A stretch of DNA of 64,000 nucleotides. It comes from Yuukianura sp. NJ FZ-2021. Lineage: Eukaryota. Under the pieces are notes generated by a model. The model saw only the letters and a list, made by a program, of their open reading frames with translations. It ran no database searches and was not told the DNA's origin. The stretch spans positions 4,588,001 to 4,652,000 of the forward strand of contig CM102285.1 in NCBI GenBank assembly GCA_046563655.1. The letters run 5' to 3'. Shown one piece after another: positions 1 to 15,829 of this stretch (positions within the stretch are counted from its first letter, which is position 1; the number at the start of each line of letters is the position of its first letter). Position numbers and translations under genes: made by a program.

Positions 1-798
1 GCATTGCTCTTTATCTAGCTTCTGAATCATCTTTGTACACAAAGCAGATGTCAGTCAACACAGTTTTAAATGAGTTTTAACGAGGAAGTTCTCACCGATA
101 GTATTGACGCGATCACTTCAAAGTCCTTGTCGTCACAATTATTAGTACGTTCAGACGCCATACTTCGTCTTTTGCGTCCTGTAGGATCTCCGTGAAAGAA
201 ATTGTTGATGTTAATAGGCAGGATTTCAATATAACGCAGAACAGCAATCTGATGAATAAAGTAAAACCACAATTAAGGAACATTTCGCAAGCAGGATTTT
301 AATGGCTTACTTCAAAAACCATTTTAAAAACTCGCATCTATCTCAAAATTAAGCCGTTTTAGTAGTACTACTCTTTCCTAAACCTTGTCAAATAAAATCC
401 ATAGCAGATAAAATGGCCGAAAAAATTGCAAACAAGAAAATGAAAGGAGCAAAAGTGAAAGGCAGAACTGAAAACACCCAACGTTAGCTCTCGTTTCTTT
501 TCCTATTTTCTGTTGTTTCTGTTCATTTTACTTTTGATGTTTTCACTTTCTGACTTTCTTTCCTAACCCGGGCAGATACCGCGCGCTAAAAATTCACCTT
601 GAACATGATGAGGCATAGGAAGATTGTTTCAAACATGGTAAGCGGCATGTACCATGGCGCAGACCACCCGTTCATTGATATGTTGCTGGGCCACAATGCT
701 TTCGAATCCTGGATGAGATCTTGAAGAATGAGCACTGTTGACAACGGCAGCACATTTTGGAATCCAGTACTTCCGTAAAATTCCAGCACGGAATTCAT
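1..798 (-). CDS. Spliced gene running off the window start; TM/hydrophobic segment plus RKRR furin-like site, DM4/DM12-like arthropod protein (tentative)
   Basis: Phase-0 GT-AG exons 798-598, 248-96 and 30-1 join to MNSVLEF...FLCLIMFK|IAVLRYIEIL...GRKRRSMASE...ASILS|MIQKLDKEQC. The family call is from motif pattern only. Confidence 0.5.
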
Positions 799-1305
799 GC
801 TCGATATATTGATCACTGTACCTCAAATAATTTAATTTATTAGCCACACAAAGTTAATTGAAATTAATTCAACTATTAACTAGCTTTAAAGAGACAATCA
901 ATTCATTCTAATACTTTTAGTGTTAACGTGCACTTAAACATTTGTAGTTTCTAAACAGAATGTCTTTACTTCGGCTCCCAATCTCTAAAAAAAACTTTCT
1001 TCAAAGAAGTTTTCTTCCCTAAAGATGAACAGCTCATTCTCATTCTCTGATGACCTGTTACAAATTGCCAAATTATGCTAACCTACAGATCTACATTGAA
1101 AAAAAAAAATACATATGTAATGCGAGATTATGCTTATGTCGGTAGACTAGAATTTGAAATTAGTAGACTTAAAATGTAGGTTAGGAACATGAAAATTTAC
1201 ACGTAGATTTGCCAAACCCGTGTTGTTTTTGCATCTATAACCTTTTGTGTTCATTTTATTCATGTTTATTTTAGTACTCTTGTTTTCGTTTTAATCAGTG
1301 AATGA

Positions 1306-2515
1306 TTAGATACGTGGAGCTACGTTCTTGAGGTATTGCCCTTCGTAGTTTCCAGCGGGATTGTAGTTGGCAACCACAAAGGTTCCGCCGTTCCCAGCAG
1401 CTTTTGCAATTCCCAGTTCAGTAGAGGCCTTCCACACTACTTGACTAAAATGACCTAGAAATTCCGATAGCTTGGATTAGAATTTTTATCCTCCAGGATT
1501 ATGACACATTCATGTTTGAATTTCAATGTTATTTAAATATTACCAGTGTTGGGTTGGTAATCATTTTTGTCAAACTTGTAATCCTTCAATTCGCTGTACC
1601 AATAGCTAACAGGAGCATCGCCTTTATCGACAACCCCACTTGTCCAGTAAACGTTTTCTCCATAAGAAGAATCACTGTGGTCCAACTTCCCTTTGGCAGC
1701 AATTGTATTCACCCATTTTTGCGAAATCTTGCAAAGCTAAAAAATTAAGCATTAGTCAAAGCGAATATTCATTGTCATTGTAGTTTAAGAACGTAAGTAC
1801 AAATTCATTTTTTTTTGGTCATTTCTCTAATGTCAAATTGATTTGCCTTTTGTCAAAAAACGCGAATCGATGATTTTTTTAATACAGCCGGCTCATCTAA
1901 AACATATGCAAACGACTTAAGAGAAAGTTTGAAAAAGAAAGGCCTACCTTTTTGTTAAGGGTGAGAGGTGGAGCTCCGTGCTGCTTTCTAAAATCGTTGT
2001 GGGCTTTAAGTGCTTGTTGTTGGAAAGTAGAAAACTATAAAAATACCAAAGTATTGTTGTATGTATGTTTTTTAAATTGGAATTCCCCGTTTAATTAAAT
2101 TCAAAGTAACCTCCTCGCCGTCATCATCCGAGGAATCCGACGAATCGGAACTGCTGGCGCGACCTGACCGCTCATGCTTGATTGTCTTTGGAGAAGAAGA
2201 ATTGCCTGAAGTGGTTATAATTTTTGTAGTTTCCGGTAAACGTGTTTCCGTCACAGTCTTTGTTTCCTTGCTTGTACTGGACGATCCATCGGAGAAGGTT
2301 TTCTTCGTTGTCGTTATTGTGATGTGTTGAACTGAATTCTGATTTTGAAGCAAACAAAATTCTTATAAACATTGTTTTATTTGGCATTTCTAATTTTTGG
2401 AGAAAAAAATGAAGCCGCTTACGGGTCCAGCTTGTACAGTTTTCGTTTCTACTGACGTATCAGTTGATATGACTTTCTTTGTACTAGATGGAGAAGGCGA
2501 ACGCGAACGATTCAT
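1306..2515 (-). CDS. CAP/SCP superfamily protein (GAPR-1/GLIPR2-like) with Ser/Thr-rich N-terminus and no signal peptide
   Basis: Five exons join in frame: QALKAHNDFRKQHGAPPLTLNKKL..., YGENVYW, WYSELKDY, TGHFSQVVWKASTELGIAKA, FVVANYNPAGN. Stop TAA at 1306-1308, ATG at 2515. Confidence 0.9.
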
Positions 2516-2995
2516 GGTGGAAGAAATTTTTCAGGTCCGGTACAATTAGACTGAATGAAAAACTGGACTGAGTAACTTAAAGCTTCCGTTTATATGTTAA
2601 GGATGTTTACGGTGTACTACTCAAATCTCTATTTCATTTTCACCTTGAATCGGCGGCTGATTAAAATCCTAATCAAATTAACAAACAACGTATGTTGATT
2701 TGCTGGTTCTGGACTACATTTGACATCACATCCGGAAAGAACAATAGGAAAATTAGATCAACTGGTTTTAGATTAGATTAAAGCTACTTCCAGAGGTTTA
2801 AGGGGTTAAAGGTGTAATCCTAGCAAATAAAGTCCAAATTTCCGGTTTTTGCTCCTGTCCAAACTTCAATCCTTTGGCCTGATTTGACTTTTTAATTAAA
2901 ATAAAAATAATAAAAATTAATATGTATAAATATTTAATTTCTCTCCTGAACAGTCTTTTTTATTTCTTCTGAGACGTCATTCCTTGTGTTGTTGA

Positions 2996-4789
2996 TCAAT
3001 AAATCATTCCCGGGTGAAAGTCTGCTTTATAGAAATATACATTTGGATTCAACGCGGAGAAAGTTGGGGCATCAAAGCTTCCGTATGGATTTGGACTCTC
3101 TGGAACAAAAAGTACAAAGCATTTGGTATTTTTTGTTGTGCGTGAAGTGATTCTTTGCATGAAAAACTTGAAACACATTTACAAACATACCTATTCCTTT
3201 CATGTAGAATTTCATTGGGTCGACTTGGAAAAATGACGGAGAGTATTCGTCTTCTTGATTTTCTGCCAATAGTTTACCTCCGGCTAAAGTAGCTAACTGG
3301 CGGCCCTGTTTAAATTTTGAAATAAGTTTTCAAATTTTCAAATAAAATTCTAAAATCAAGATAAAGTTTCAAAATTCGTTTGTGAAGAATTGTTTTGTAC
3401 TGACCTTTGGCATAAATATGATTAGAAATGTAAAAAGACTCTGAGCTTGACATCCAAAAGCTACACATGCATCCAAATGTCTTTCCTACAGAATCACCCA
3501 AAAATTGACTTTGAATGATGACATCAATGTGTAACTTTGCACTTACGTGTAAGATACAAGCGGCTAATATCCAACAAACCCAGACCGGAATTGTTGCTAA
3601 AACTGCAAATCCGATGAATGTCGCTTCGCCATAATTCTCCTGGATTTTTCTAATTCGAATGGCCAGAAATCCAACAAACATAATAAGAAAAAGATTGTAT
3701 GAGATCATTGGCCACAGCATTGGGTTGAATCCAACGTCACATTCAGACCAGAGTGATTCAAATTCGGTGGACACGTTCACCTGTACAAAAAAAATGTAGA
3801 GTAACTAATAATCAGAACGGATTATTTAGATCTCTGTTTTAAGTTGTCGTATGAAACCCATACTGCTCCTGCAAAACGTTTTGAAGTTCAACTTTGCGTT
3901 TTAGTGGGGTAGACTTTTTTTTAAATCCTAAGCGTCGCGTTTTTTCTTCCTCTTCCATTACCTCCAAAATAGCGCAATAAAATGGCTTTACCTGACTGAT
4001 GCTGGGAGGAAATATTAGAGATGACTCAGTGCTAATTGCCACTTGGACGAGGACGGAGAAGAAAAGAAGTACAGCTTGATACGTCAGAGTTAAATTATTT
4101 CCAGAATCCAAACTGATCAAGAAGATGGCTTTCACCAACAAAACGGAGAAAATCATTGCATACGATACACTGATTCCAATGGTTCCGAGAAAGCAGTTCA
4201 CATATCCCGGACTGACTACAAATATAAGTGAGAATCCGGAGCATGATGCTAATCCTAGGAGAAGAAGCTGACCGAGGAACAGTGGATTTTGACCGCGTGA
4301 TTGGCACAGGACGTAAACCTCGAAGAAAGCTATTAGGCAGAGATTTAAAAGAACAAAAGATATGAGAGGGATTGCCCAAATTTCGCGTCGTACGTAGCCC
4401 CCAAACATGTAGCTGAAGTTAATAGCGTCTTCGTTAGGTGCATCGTCATTTGATGTATTTTTTCGTGAGCTCGAGTATATGTCTTCATTGGATAAACCTT
4501 CCTCGGTAAGTTCCTGAATGCGTGCGGTTGACGTTCCTATCACTCCGTAATTCGATTCATCGTCTTTGTTTGTCTTTCGCCGCCTTTCTCCTGCAGAATA
4601 CTTATCCACTTGAGTCTCAGGAGTCGCTGTGACATGCAATGTAGATGTCCGGTTCCTCAGAGCTTCCCGATGCACAGGAAGTAATTGAATTAAAGGAAAT
4701 GGGTTTTCGTTATGAAATCCAGCCATCTCCAGTCCGTGAGTGAGCGTGCATAGTATGTGAGTGAGAAACACTAAACTCGTACCAAGCAT
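2996..4789 (-). CDS. Class C (7tm_3, mGluR/BOSS-like) orphan GPCR with short ectodomain, copy 1
   Basis: Signal-like N-terminus and a TM series: WAIPLISFVLLNL..AFFEVYVL, LFLGQLLLLGL, SYAMIFSVLLVK, IRKIQENYGEATFIGF, FLIIFMPKGRQL. C-terminus HPGMIY*. Five coding exons. Confidence 0.88.
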
Positions 4790-7576
4790 CTGGAAAATAA
4801 AAATAATTAAACAGTATTATTAAATACTGTGTAGCACTTGATGTTACGTTTTTCCCTTTCGAAAAGGAAAAGCGTAGTGGTCTCGAGATGTCGAAAGCGT
4901 TCAAAATTGCAATAAGGAAATCAATGAATTGGGTATAGAGTTCTTTCTACGTGGCGAGTGACGTCTCAGTGACACACTCAAAGTGGATAGGAAAGTTTTG
5001 TCACGGTCTGATTCTACGGTGTGTCCAAAGATTGGTATCGTGGTTGTGTTGAATATATTTAACTAGTGTCTGAGCATGTGCTGATTTTTCTAACTTCAGC
5101 GTTTTGCGTAAATATGAAACCTTGCTTAGGTCGATATTGTAATTTATTCCACACTCCAGTGGGTCGACAAAAACAGCATGAGATTTCCCTTTGTTCTTTT
5201 CTCATATAAAATCAAGATTTCCAAGATAATGTGTTAAGAGTGACAAGAACATTCATTAAAACTGGATTAAATTTTGTGGTACTTGACCTAACCTTTCGAA
5301 AACAAACAAGTAGTAATCCTAGAGGAGAAATTTTTGAAATCCACCTTTCCCTTGGATCCCAACAAGAATTGTTTCTAGGAATCTTAAAATCTTACACGCT
5401 TCGACTCACAAAGCAAACAAGTTTAACATATTCTCATTACGGGAACATTTCCATTTTTAATTTAGCTGGTTATAATGATACTCCCGGTTAAGGAAAGTTT
5501 ACTTGCTCTATTCTTTTGATGTTAGAAAAGCATTCATTTTTACATCTTGTGTGCGTCCTAAAAATCGTGTTTGACCTATGCAGAACCCTTAAAAATTCTA
5601 AAGTAATTGCATTTTACTTTCGTATGAAATCAGTTCCAATAAATTACAAATTCGTCGTTGAAATTCTGTAATAACTAAATAAATTACTGATGGTTTGGGA
5701 GCTTAGAAGAATGAGAAAAACCTAAACTTGTATATGTTGTTATTTAAAAGAACGTTTGCCGGTTCTGACGGTATAACGAAAGAGAATGTCAATGTAATGT
5801 GGAAATACCTTTGTTGGTTTCAATTATTTCTCCTAACTGTTGATATCACATTTCTGTTACCGTTTTCCCAGACCATGCGCACTTGTAATTATGTTCTAGT
5901 TAAATGCTTTTAGTGCAGAGAATGAATGTGGCATTTGATCACCAAACCTGGACTTGAAACTGTAAAATTCTTGCAGTGCGGGCTCCGTTGTTTTTGAGTT
6001 GTGATGATGCCAAAGACTAAGATGCAACTGAAGAGGTTGAATTTAAGTGGAATCAAGGTAGAAGGAAAAGGAAGTTATTGTTTTAATTTACGAATTCGAC
6101 ACTCCGGTTGAGGGATTTAGAATAATGGGATTTGAGAAGGGAGTGTAGATGCGAGCCGTAGCGATATTTTGGCTCTGCCCATTTATTTTTGTACTTTTGG
6201 GTACAACTATAATGGAAGCACAGTAAAACACTTAAACCATGATCTTACCCCGTAAATCAAATCGTTGTTAGTAGTGCGTAGCGTTTTTTGTGGCGACCAA
6301 GTCATCTTTCACGCCCAAAACATCTTTGGACTCGTACTCAAGAATGAGTATTGCTTCGAGCCAGGCGTAGTAAATGTGCTTGTAAGATTATTCTCAAAAC
6401 AGCAAAACCTTTAAGTCCTTCCGGATTAAAACGTTATTCCTCTTAACTTTGCTGTCAGCGTGTCACATATGTGACAAAAATAATTATGAAAGTTTGAATT
6501 GCTACAAGTCCAGCAGTCGCTAGTTTGCGCCCTTAAGTTCTAAATTAAATTTTAACCGGGTTAAAATTTCAGTTAAAATGAAGTAGCTGAATTTGAAAGG
6601 CTTGGATGGTCAAAATTGGCATCGTATATGAGGGCGGAAACCATTTACAAAGCCGTTTTGTTTTGGATTTGGTCCATAAATTAATTATGTTGCGTCCACT
6701 ATTAGCAGTTCCCTACTAGTTCTGGTATTCAGTCCAACGTATCTGGGTTTTTTATTACTATGAAAAGTGTTTAAGTTAATGGCAAATCTTTTACTGTTCG
6801 GATTTTGTCAAAAAGAGTCAAATTTCTTGCATTTCGGAAGTCAACTGTAACAAAGTCGGTTTAATAAAAACAATTTTGTTACTGAACTTTTAGTAACTAA
6901 CTTATTATACTATAGTTTGATTTCCAAAGTCTTTTGATATTCAATGCAACCGGGCAATGCTAGTTGGAAAATCTAGCTTGTAAAAAGAAGCAGTGAAAAT
7001 CAATTTCCATTTCAAACTGGAGGAGTTAAAGCTTGCGATTTCCGTAAAATAGCAAAAAAGAAAAGATTTTCTGAAATTGAAAATTGCGTTAAACACGACA
7101 AACCATTACACGTCACTTCAAAATTGCTGTCGTTTTATCTCTAGAATTGCTTTAGGTTGTCGGGATTTTGCGCATTTAAAATACTTAATTGCCAGCGTGA
7201 TTAGTGGGCTAAGCATGTGCTCAACACGTATTATTGTCTAATTTTGTTAATATCGCTCGTGGACACTTAACTTGATCAGAATCTCTTCCACAATGCATTT
7301 GTGTCACATTTTCAGGAATTTTGCGTCAAAAATAGACTTAAGTGGCAGAATTTGAGATTGTTGTTTCGAATTTGAGGGTAAAATGCCACGCGTCGGTTCA
7401 TGTCTGATTACGACGAGTAGTTTTATCGATATCACTAAATTCAAAATTGCAAATATATATCAATTTTAGGTATTTAAATAGCCGTAATTTCTAAATAAGG
7501 CACCAGTTGCTTCCAAAATTGTTGTAAAATTGCTAAGCGCTCACGAAATAGTAAAGGAACAAAAAAAAGAGCTGCA

Positions 7577-9906
<2,330 letters not shown>

Positions 9907-10353
9907 ACGATTCACACAAAACCATCATCAGAAAGTACAAAAATGGAAGCGGACAATATTTTAACACTGAGATACATAATACAACGCAAAATATAAAATA
10001 AAGAATGCTGGGAATTCAAAATTGTAAATTCTTTTCCTGAACTTATTCTGCATTCAAGGTGACTTAAGCTGCGGCTTTAGTAAACAAAAAAGGAAAAAAT
10101 TTCTAAATTTTCCTAAACTTTCTGAAAATCTCACAACCATAAAAAATCATTCGGATATTTGGTGACTTCAAGTAAATCCCGGAAAGGCGGATGTGTGGTT
10201 CGCAAATTTCAAGGCTATACTTAAAATTTGGGAAAGCTCTTCCTTCACCCTCATACTTATGTCAAAAACGTATTATCCATTGAGTTAAAGACAGAATTTG
10301 CCAAAATTTTGTTCCGGCTCAGTTCATTGTTCGTCAATTCAAAAACAATACAA

Positions 10354-13300
10354 ATGGAGTTCCAGCTGAATCCCATGGCGGTATTGCCCATTTTGTTATT
10401 GCTTGTTACAACTCCATGTTTTACACCTCAGCAATCATCATTATTGTTTGGTAAAAAGAAATTCAAGTAAATCTCATTTTGGGGATTTTTAGTTTATTCA
10501 ATTTGCTGTAAATTAATTCAGCTCAAGCTTCTCCTAATTCGGAAAGCAAAAAAGAAAGAATCTTGCTTGGATACCTTCCAGCAGTTCGCGGAACAGTTCC
10601 TGGAAGACAAGGAATTGATATCTCTGGAGCCATTACATTAGCGATTGAGCGCATCAACAACCGGAGTGACCTCTTGCCAAACGTTGAGCTAGACCTTATT
10701 TGGGGAGACACTGAGGTAGACAGTAAATTAATAATTCGTAAAACACGGCCTTATGAAGACTGATTTTACAGGGCGATACACTCAAAGGAACTGAAATCCT
10801 TGTTAACATGGTAAGGAGTGTTGCCGTTGATGAAATATTTTCTTCAAACAGTAATAAACTGTGTATATAAAAACAACTGGTAAAGTTGCATAACGCGCAG
10901 GACAGCAAAGTCTTTTGTTACAGCAACAAAACTTTCGTATTTCAGCTTATTAATGATACGGCAGCATTCTTTGGCCCCGAATCTTCTTGTTCCGCGGAGG
11001 CTACAGTGGCTGGCGCTATGAATCGAGCTATGATCTCCTACGTAAGTTACAAATTACTAACTGAATCAGAACGGTTAAATTCGATTGTACAAAGCAAATT
11101 CATAATTGTAGAACCTAATGTACTCGGGCTGTACAAGCACTTATATTAAATTTTCATAAGCTGAATGAATGTCATCAATAATAACTCTCTTGTTTTGTTG
11201 TTTTTTGTTCGAAAAAGTTCTGTGCAGATGGGAGTCTTTCGGATAAAGAACGATACCCTACGTTTGTGAGAACAGCATCACCGGATACTCAAATTGTACA
11301 ATCAGTTTTATCACTGCTATCCCACTACAACTGGAAAATATTTCAAATTATTCTGCAGTCTTCTCATCGTAGTCGTTTTGCCACAGTAGCATCACGACTA
11401 TTTGAGTATGCTTTGAAAGAAGAAATGAAACCAAACCCAGTAAAGGAGTTCAACGACGAACACCATTCCGCTTACTGGTTTGAAATTGTTAATACAACAT
11501 GGACACAAACACGAAGTAAGATCCAAATTCATGCTACGTTTTTTTTAGATTAGTATTCAATTCATACGCGGTAAATAATATTATGTAGCAACTGCTTATT
11601 AGATATTATACGTTTGTATTAATTCGAAACTTATTTCTATGACTTCATCTAATGCGGATTCTATGATTTCAGTTTACGTTTTCATTGGCGAACATAGAAA
11701 TTTGGTGGAAATGATGAGTACAATGGGGAGTCTAAAAATGTTCGACAGTGGAGAATATTTGGTCATCTACATAGATTTGGAAACATACAATTCCCGTGTA
11801 GCGATGAAGTATCTCTGGCGTAAGATCTTCACATAGGTAGTTGATTACTAGATTAGTATTACTTACTGAATAATGATGGTGGGTAACAAACGGCATGTCT
11901 CATAACACAAAATATATCAACCGTTTGTAAATAAGTAGCGAAAGACGGACGCATGGACAATGCACCCAGCCCCCTTTTGAGCGTCGTAGTAACTTTGGGC
12001 AATCGCATTGCCCTATGGACAGTAGTAGTGCATTACAGCAAACCATTATGACATGGGTAAGAAAAACTTTTTAAGAAAAAACTTTTACTGAGGGTATTCT
12101 CTGCGGAAATGAAAGCGGTTAAACTTTTACCTGGAGGGAGTTGACAATAAATAGTGAACAGCCCTGTGTCATCCGATGCAAATGGATCCCTTAGATATTG
12201 AGCCGCTTCCGAGATAATTGGCGCCATCGAACGGACGTTCAGAGAGACAGATAGACAAGGGTGATACGTTAGCTTTCGCTACTTGTTAAGTCACAGTTTG
12301 ATACAAATTACCTTTTTCTGCACTTACTGGACACCAAAAATTGACCATCTAGATTCTTGTTACACAAAATATAAAATGTTATATTGTATTAAGTTTTGAT
12401 TTCATTCTACAGGTTTAAACGACTTTGGCTCAGTTTCCCACTGTCGCAATTTGACACACTACACTGCACAAATTGCACGAAGTCTATTGGTTGTAGCTCC
12501 ATCTCCAGTTGCTTACAGTTATCGCGAATTCTCAAACGCGGTGACTGCATTTAACTCGAAACCACCGTTTAATTTTATGAATTCACTTCTTGGACCAAAG
12601 TATCGAAAATTTGTAAGTGCAGGTATTAGGACGACACCACTTCTGATTCTAGCTACGCATAACGCTGAAAACTAAGTTGCTAAGTTCCTTTAGCTTAACT
12701 TCAAATAGAATGTTTAGAATAATATGTATGTTTTTCAGAGGGATCTCTGGGTGCATTAGGCACAAAGAGATGTTTAGAATAAAGTTTACCAGCAGTTCTA
12801 GACGGAATACTTTACAAAATAAGTTATGGGGGACAGTTTATGGCAATCCAAACCCAAAAAAGCAATAAGTCATGTAACAGTCAAACACTTTGTGCAGGTA
12901 TCCATTTATGCTGCCAATTTATATGACTCTGTCTTCATTTACGCAAAGGCTCTGGATGCTCTTTGGTTGAAATCAAATGGAACTGAAAATATTCAGGAAC
13001 TAGCGAGAGATGGACGCGCCATTTTCAAATCCATAATTAAAATGAAATCTTACGAAAGTAATTGGGCAGAAAAATATTCAACGTAAAAACACTTTTAAGG
13101 TATTGTACATTTATGTTTTCTTTTCAAGGCATTTCGGGAGCTGGAATTTCAATTGACGAGAATGGAGATTCTGGGGGAAACTACACCGTCATTGCATACA
13201 CAGAACAGCTCTTTGAATCCGGTCATTTTACTTGCGATTATGGAATGTTCCCGGTAGCCAACTTTCACCAGTCCGATGCAATAAGTTCCCTTCCGGTATG

Positions 13301-15368
13301 TTCTGCTCTTCTTTCAGACGAACTCTAGTGTAAACTCTTCAATTTGATACCTCGTGTCGAATGGACATGAACCTTAATCTAAACTTAACCTAACATATTT
13401 TTTTTTTACTTTTGTGAAATGTTAAGGAAATTCAGTTTTTTTCTGGAAAGAAAATTGAGTGGGACCTACCCCCAGCAGATTCTCCTAAATGTGGCTTCCA
13501 TTATGAACACTGTCAGACAGCGGGTACTATTTGGCGTGTCAGGATAATAGCAGCTTTTCTTGCCATCATTTTTCTACTGTTGTTGTCAACATGCCTATTT
13601 CTAAGGTACAAGGTATGTAGACAAAGAAGTAAAGTTCATGCTTACAATGTTTTGCCAAATTATTAACCTTCCCGATAACGACATTGCAACTTCATGCACA
13701 TACCAGGTGAAAATATAAATATTTTAAATATATTCCAGAGGATCCAAAAGATTCCGAGGCTCACTAGTGAGGAAATTCGAGAGTTCAAACATGGAAACAA
13801 AAGTGAATACAGTTCTGAGTTGGAACACTTCACATACAATCAACCTTATGACAACTCATTTGAAATTGAATCTCACGCGTTCTTAGTAGGTAAAGCTGAA
13901 AACACAAGAATAAACGATTTTTTTTATAAGCGACGCTACATTTACATAAATTTTTTTAAAGATCACGATGCCATTTTGGGCCAAGGGCAATTTGGAATTG
14001 TGTACAAAGGCACGATGAAAGTTGGCAACACGCTAGAACCTGTAGCTTTCAAAACTGTAAAGTGTGAGAAGGGCACGACTAACTTAAAAAGTCTTTTATC
14101 GGAACTGAAGTTGATGATTTATATTGGACAACATCCGAATATTCTTCGGTTGATGGGTGCGTACACTCGAAAATTAAATAGAGGAATTGCTTATGTCGGA
14201 CTTGAATTTTGTGAGCACGGAAGCTTAGAGCGTTTACTCCGCAACAACCAACACTTACATACGGCTGCAACTACGGGAAATTTGTAAGTATTGAATAAAT
14301 CAAAATAATGTTTGTTACACAACTAAATAAGATAAGTCCGTACAGAAAAACTGATATACACACTCACAAAGTTTTCACAAATTAGTACGCTTTCCACCAA
14401 CAATACTGTATAAGGTGAAGGAAATTGTACACCTGGTGTACCTAATGTACACATAGTGTGTACCTAGTGTATATAGTATAGTTACGTTAGGTTAGGTTGT
14501 GTCTAACTCAATCGTACCAAAATTTAGAGAAGAATTTGCCGAAGAAGTAAAAGAAGCACCTATTCTGGTAACTCCGCTTATGCAAAACCAGTGGTCTTCG
14601 CAAATCGCAAAAGGAATGGACTATCTTTCCGCCAAGAAGGTGAAAAGTTGAAATAAAAATTTTTAACAAATCGAAATGAATTGAACTAAGAAACTCACTA
14701 TAAAGCAACTCTAAGATGGGTTTCCTGTTTAAGATTAGTTACGTATGATTTGAAAAATTCAATTTTTGGTTCAACTAGATCGTTCATGCCGATTTGGCCA
14801 CTCGGAATGTACTAGTGACTTCTGACCTGTCAGTTCGTATTTCGGATTTTGGTTTGTCTCGGAGAATGGAAAACTATGAGAATTATTTGAAGACCGGAGA
14901 GGAACCGCTGCCTTGGCGCTGGATGGCTCCGGAGTCACTCGAGTTTCGTGTTTTCGCTACTGCATCAGACGTTTGGTCATTTGGTGTGGCGCTGTGGGAA
15001 ATTTACTCAATGGGTAGCATTCCATACGGTGCAAAGTCGTGGACGACAAATTTTGTTCGAGAGTTGGAAGCTGGTGAGCGTCTAAGTCGGCCTGTACATG
15101 CAACCGAAGAAATGTAATTTTATTTTATCAAAATTTACCGTAATTTCTAGACTATACACATGAAATTAACTTTTTGGTGTTTAAAAGTTTCTTATGTGTA
15201 TTTCTACAATGTTGTAGATACGAGCAAATGAAAAGGTGCTGGGCAGGTGATGCTTTACAGAGACCTACATTTAAGGATCTTGCAATATTTTTTCAAAACG
15301 GTGTTTACAGAGAAAACAACATTGTATACCTCGATGTTAGAACTTTGGTTCTCAGCAAAACCGTTTAA
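10354..15368 (+). CDS. Chimeric single-pass receptor: ANF-receptor/receptor-guanylyl-cyclase-type ectodomain + TM + tyrosine kinase (PVR/VEGFR-like), copy 1
   Basis: About 15 exons with compatible phases. Ectodomain: GYLPA..QGIDISGAITLAIERINNRSDLLPNVEL, FFGPE, YPTFVRTASPD, AANLYDSV, IDENGDSGGNYTV, PADSPKCGF. TM exon 13427-13612. Kinase: GQGQFG, VAFK, SELK, HADLATRN, DFGLSR, PWRWMAPE, SDVWSFG, CW...RPTF. Confidence 0.88.
11933..12284. mobile_element. Non-autonomous element (MITE or HINE/DINE-1-like) in a receptor intron
   Basis: 12-bp inverted repeats AAGTAGCGAAAG (11933-11944) / CTTTCGCTACTT (12273-12284) and a GACA/GATA microsatellite near the right end. Also present in copy 2. Confidence 0.6.
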
Positions 15369-15829
15369 CCTTTCATTATATTCATCTCTTCCACAACTAT
15401 TGTCTTTACAACTTTACAACGTTTAACAACCGCCAAAACGTGTAGCCGCCGCCGGCCTTCTTTGGTGGCTACGTATGGGTTGCAATATTTGTACAGTGGC
15501 CCATGAGAAATATCGCCACTCAACTGTACAAAATAATGATGGCAACAGTAAATGTTATGTAGCAAATGTTAGTTAGGTTTTTGTCACATCGGCTAGGTTG
15601 ATTCAATTATATTGACATGTTATGTGAGGATTGTTCACTAATCATTAGTTAATTTTACCACAAAGGTAACAGCAACATAACATCTTTTGATTTAACCCGT
15701 GGGTTAGGTTGGAAAACTCACGATTTTTAGTCCAACGCGCATCAAAGCAGGCATCCGAGAAAACCGCGTTTTAGTGAGACTTTATTGTTTTGTTTCGCAT
15801 GGCGCGACGAAGATTTTTGGGCCAAGACT

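Noticed and set aside
3839..3991. Apparent longer C-terminus of the GPCR ORF in copy 1
   Set aside because: Read-through into intron 1 (donor at 3991); not conserved in copy 2.
14484..14498. TTAGG/CCTAA runs (also ~13385 and ~61195)
   Set aside because: Only 2-3 units; too short to call interstitial telomeric arrays and common inside arthropod repeats.
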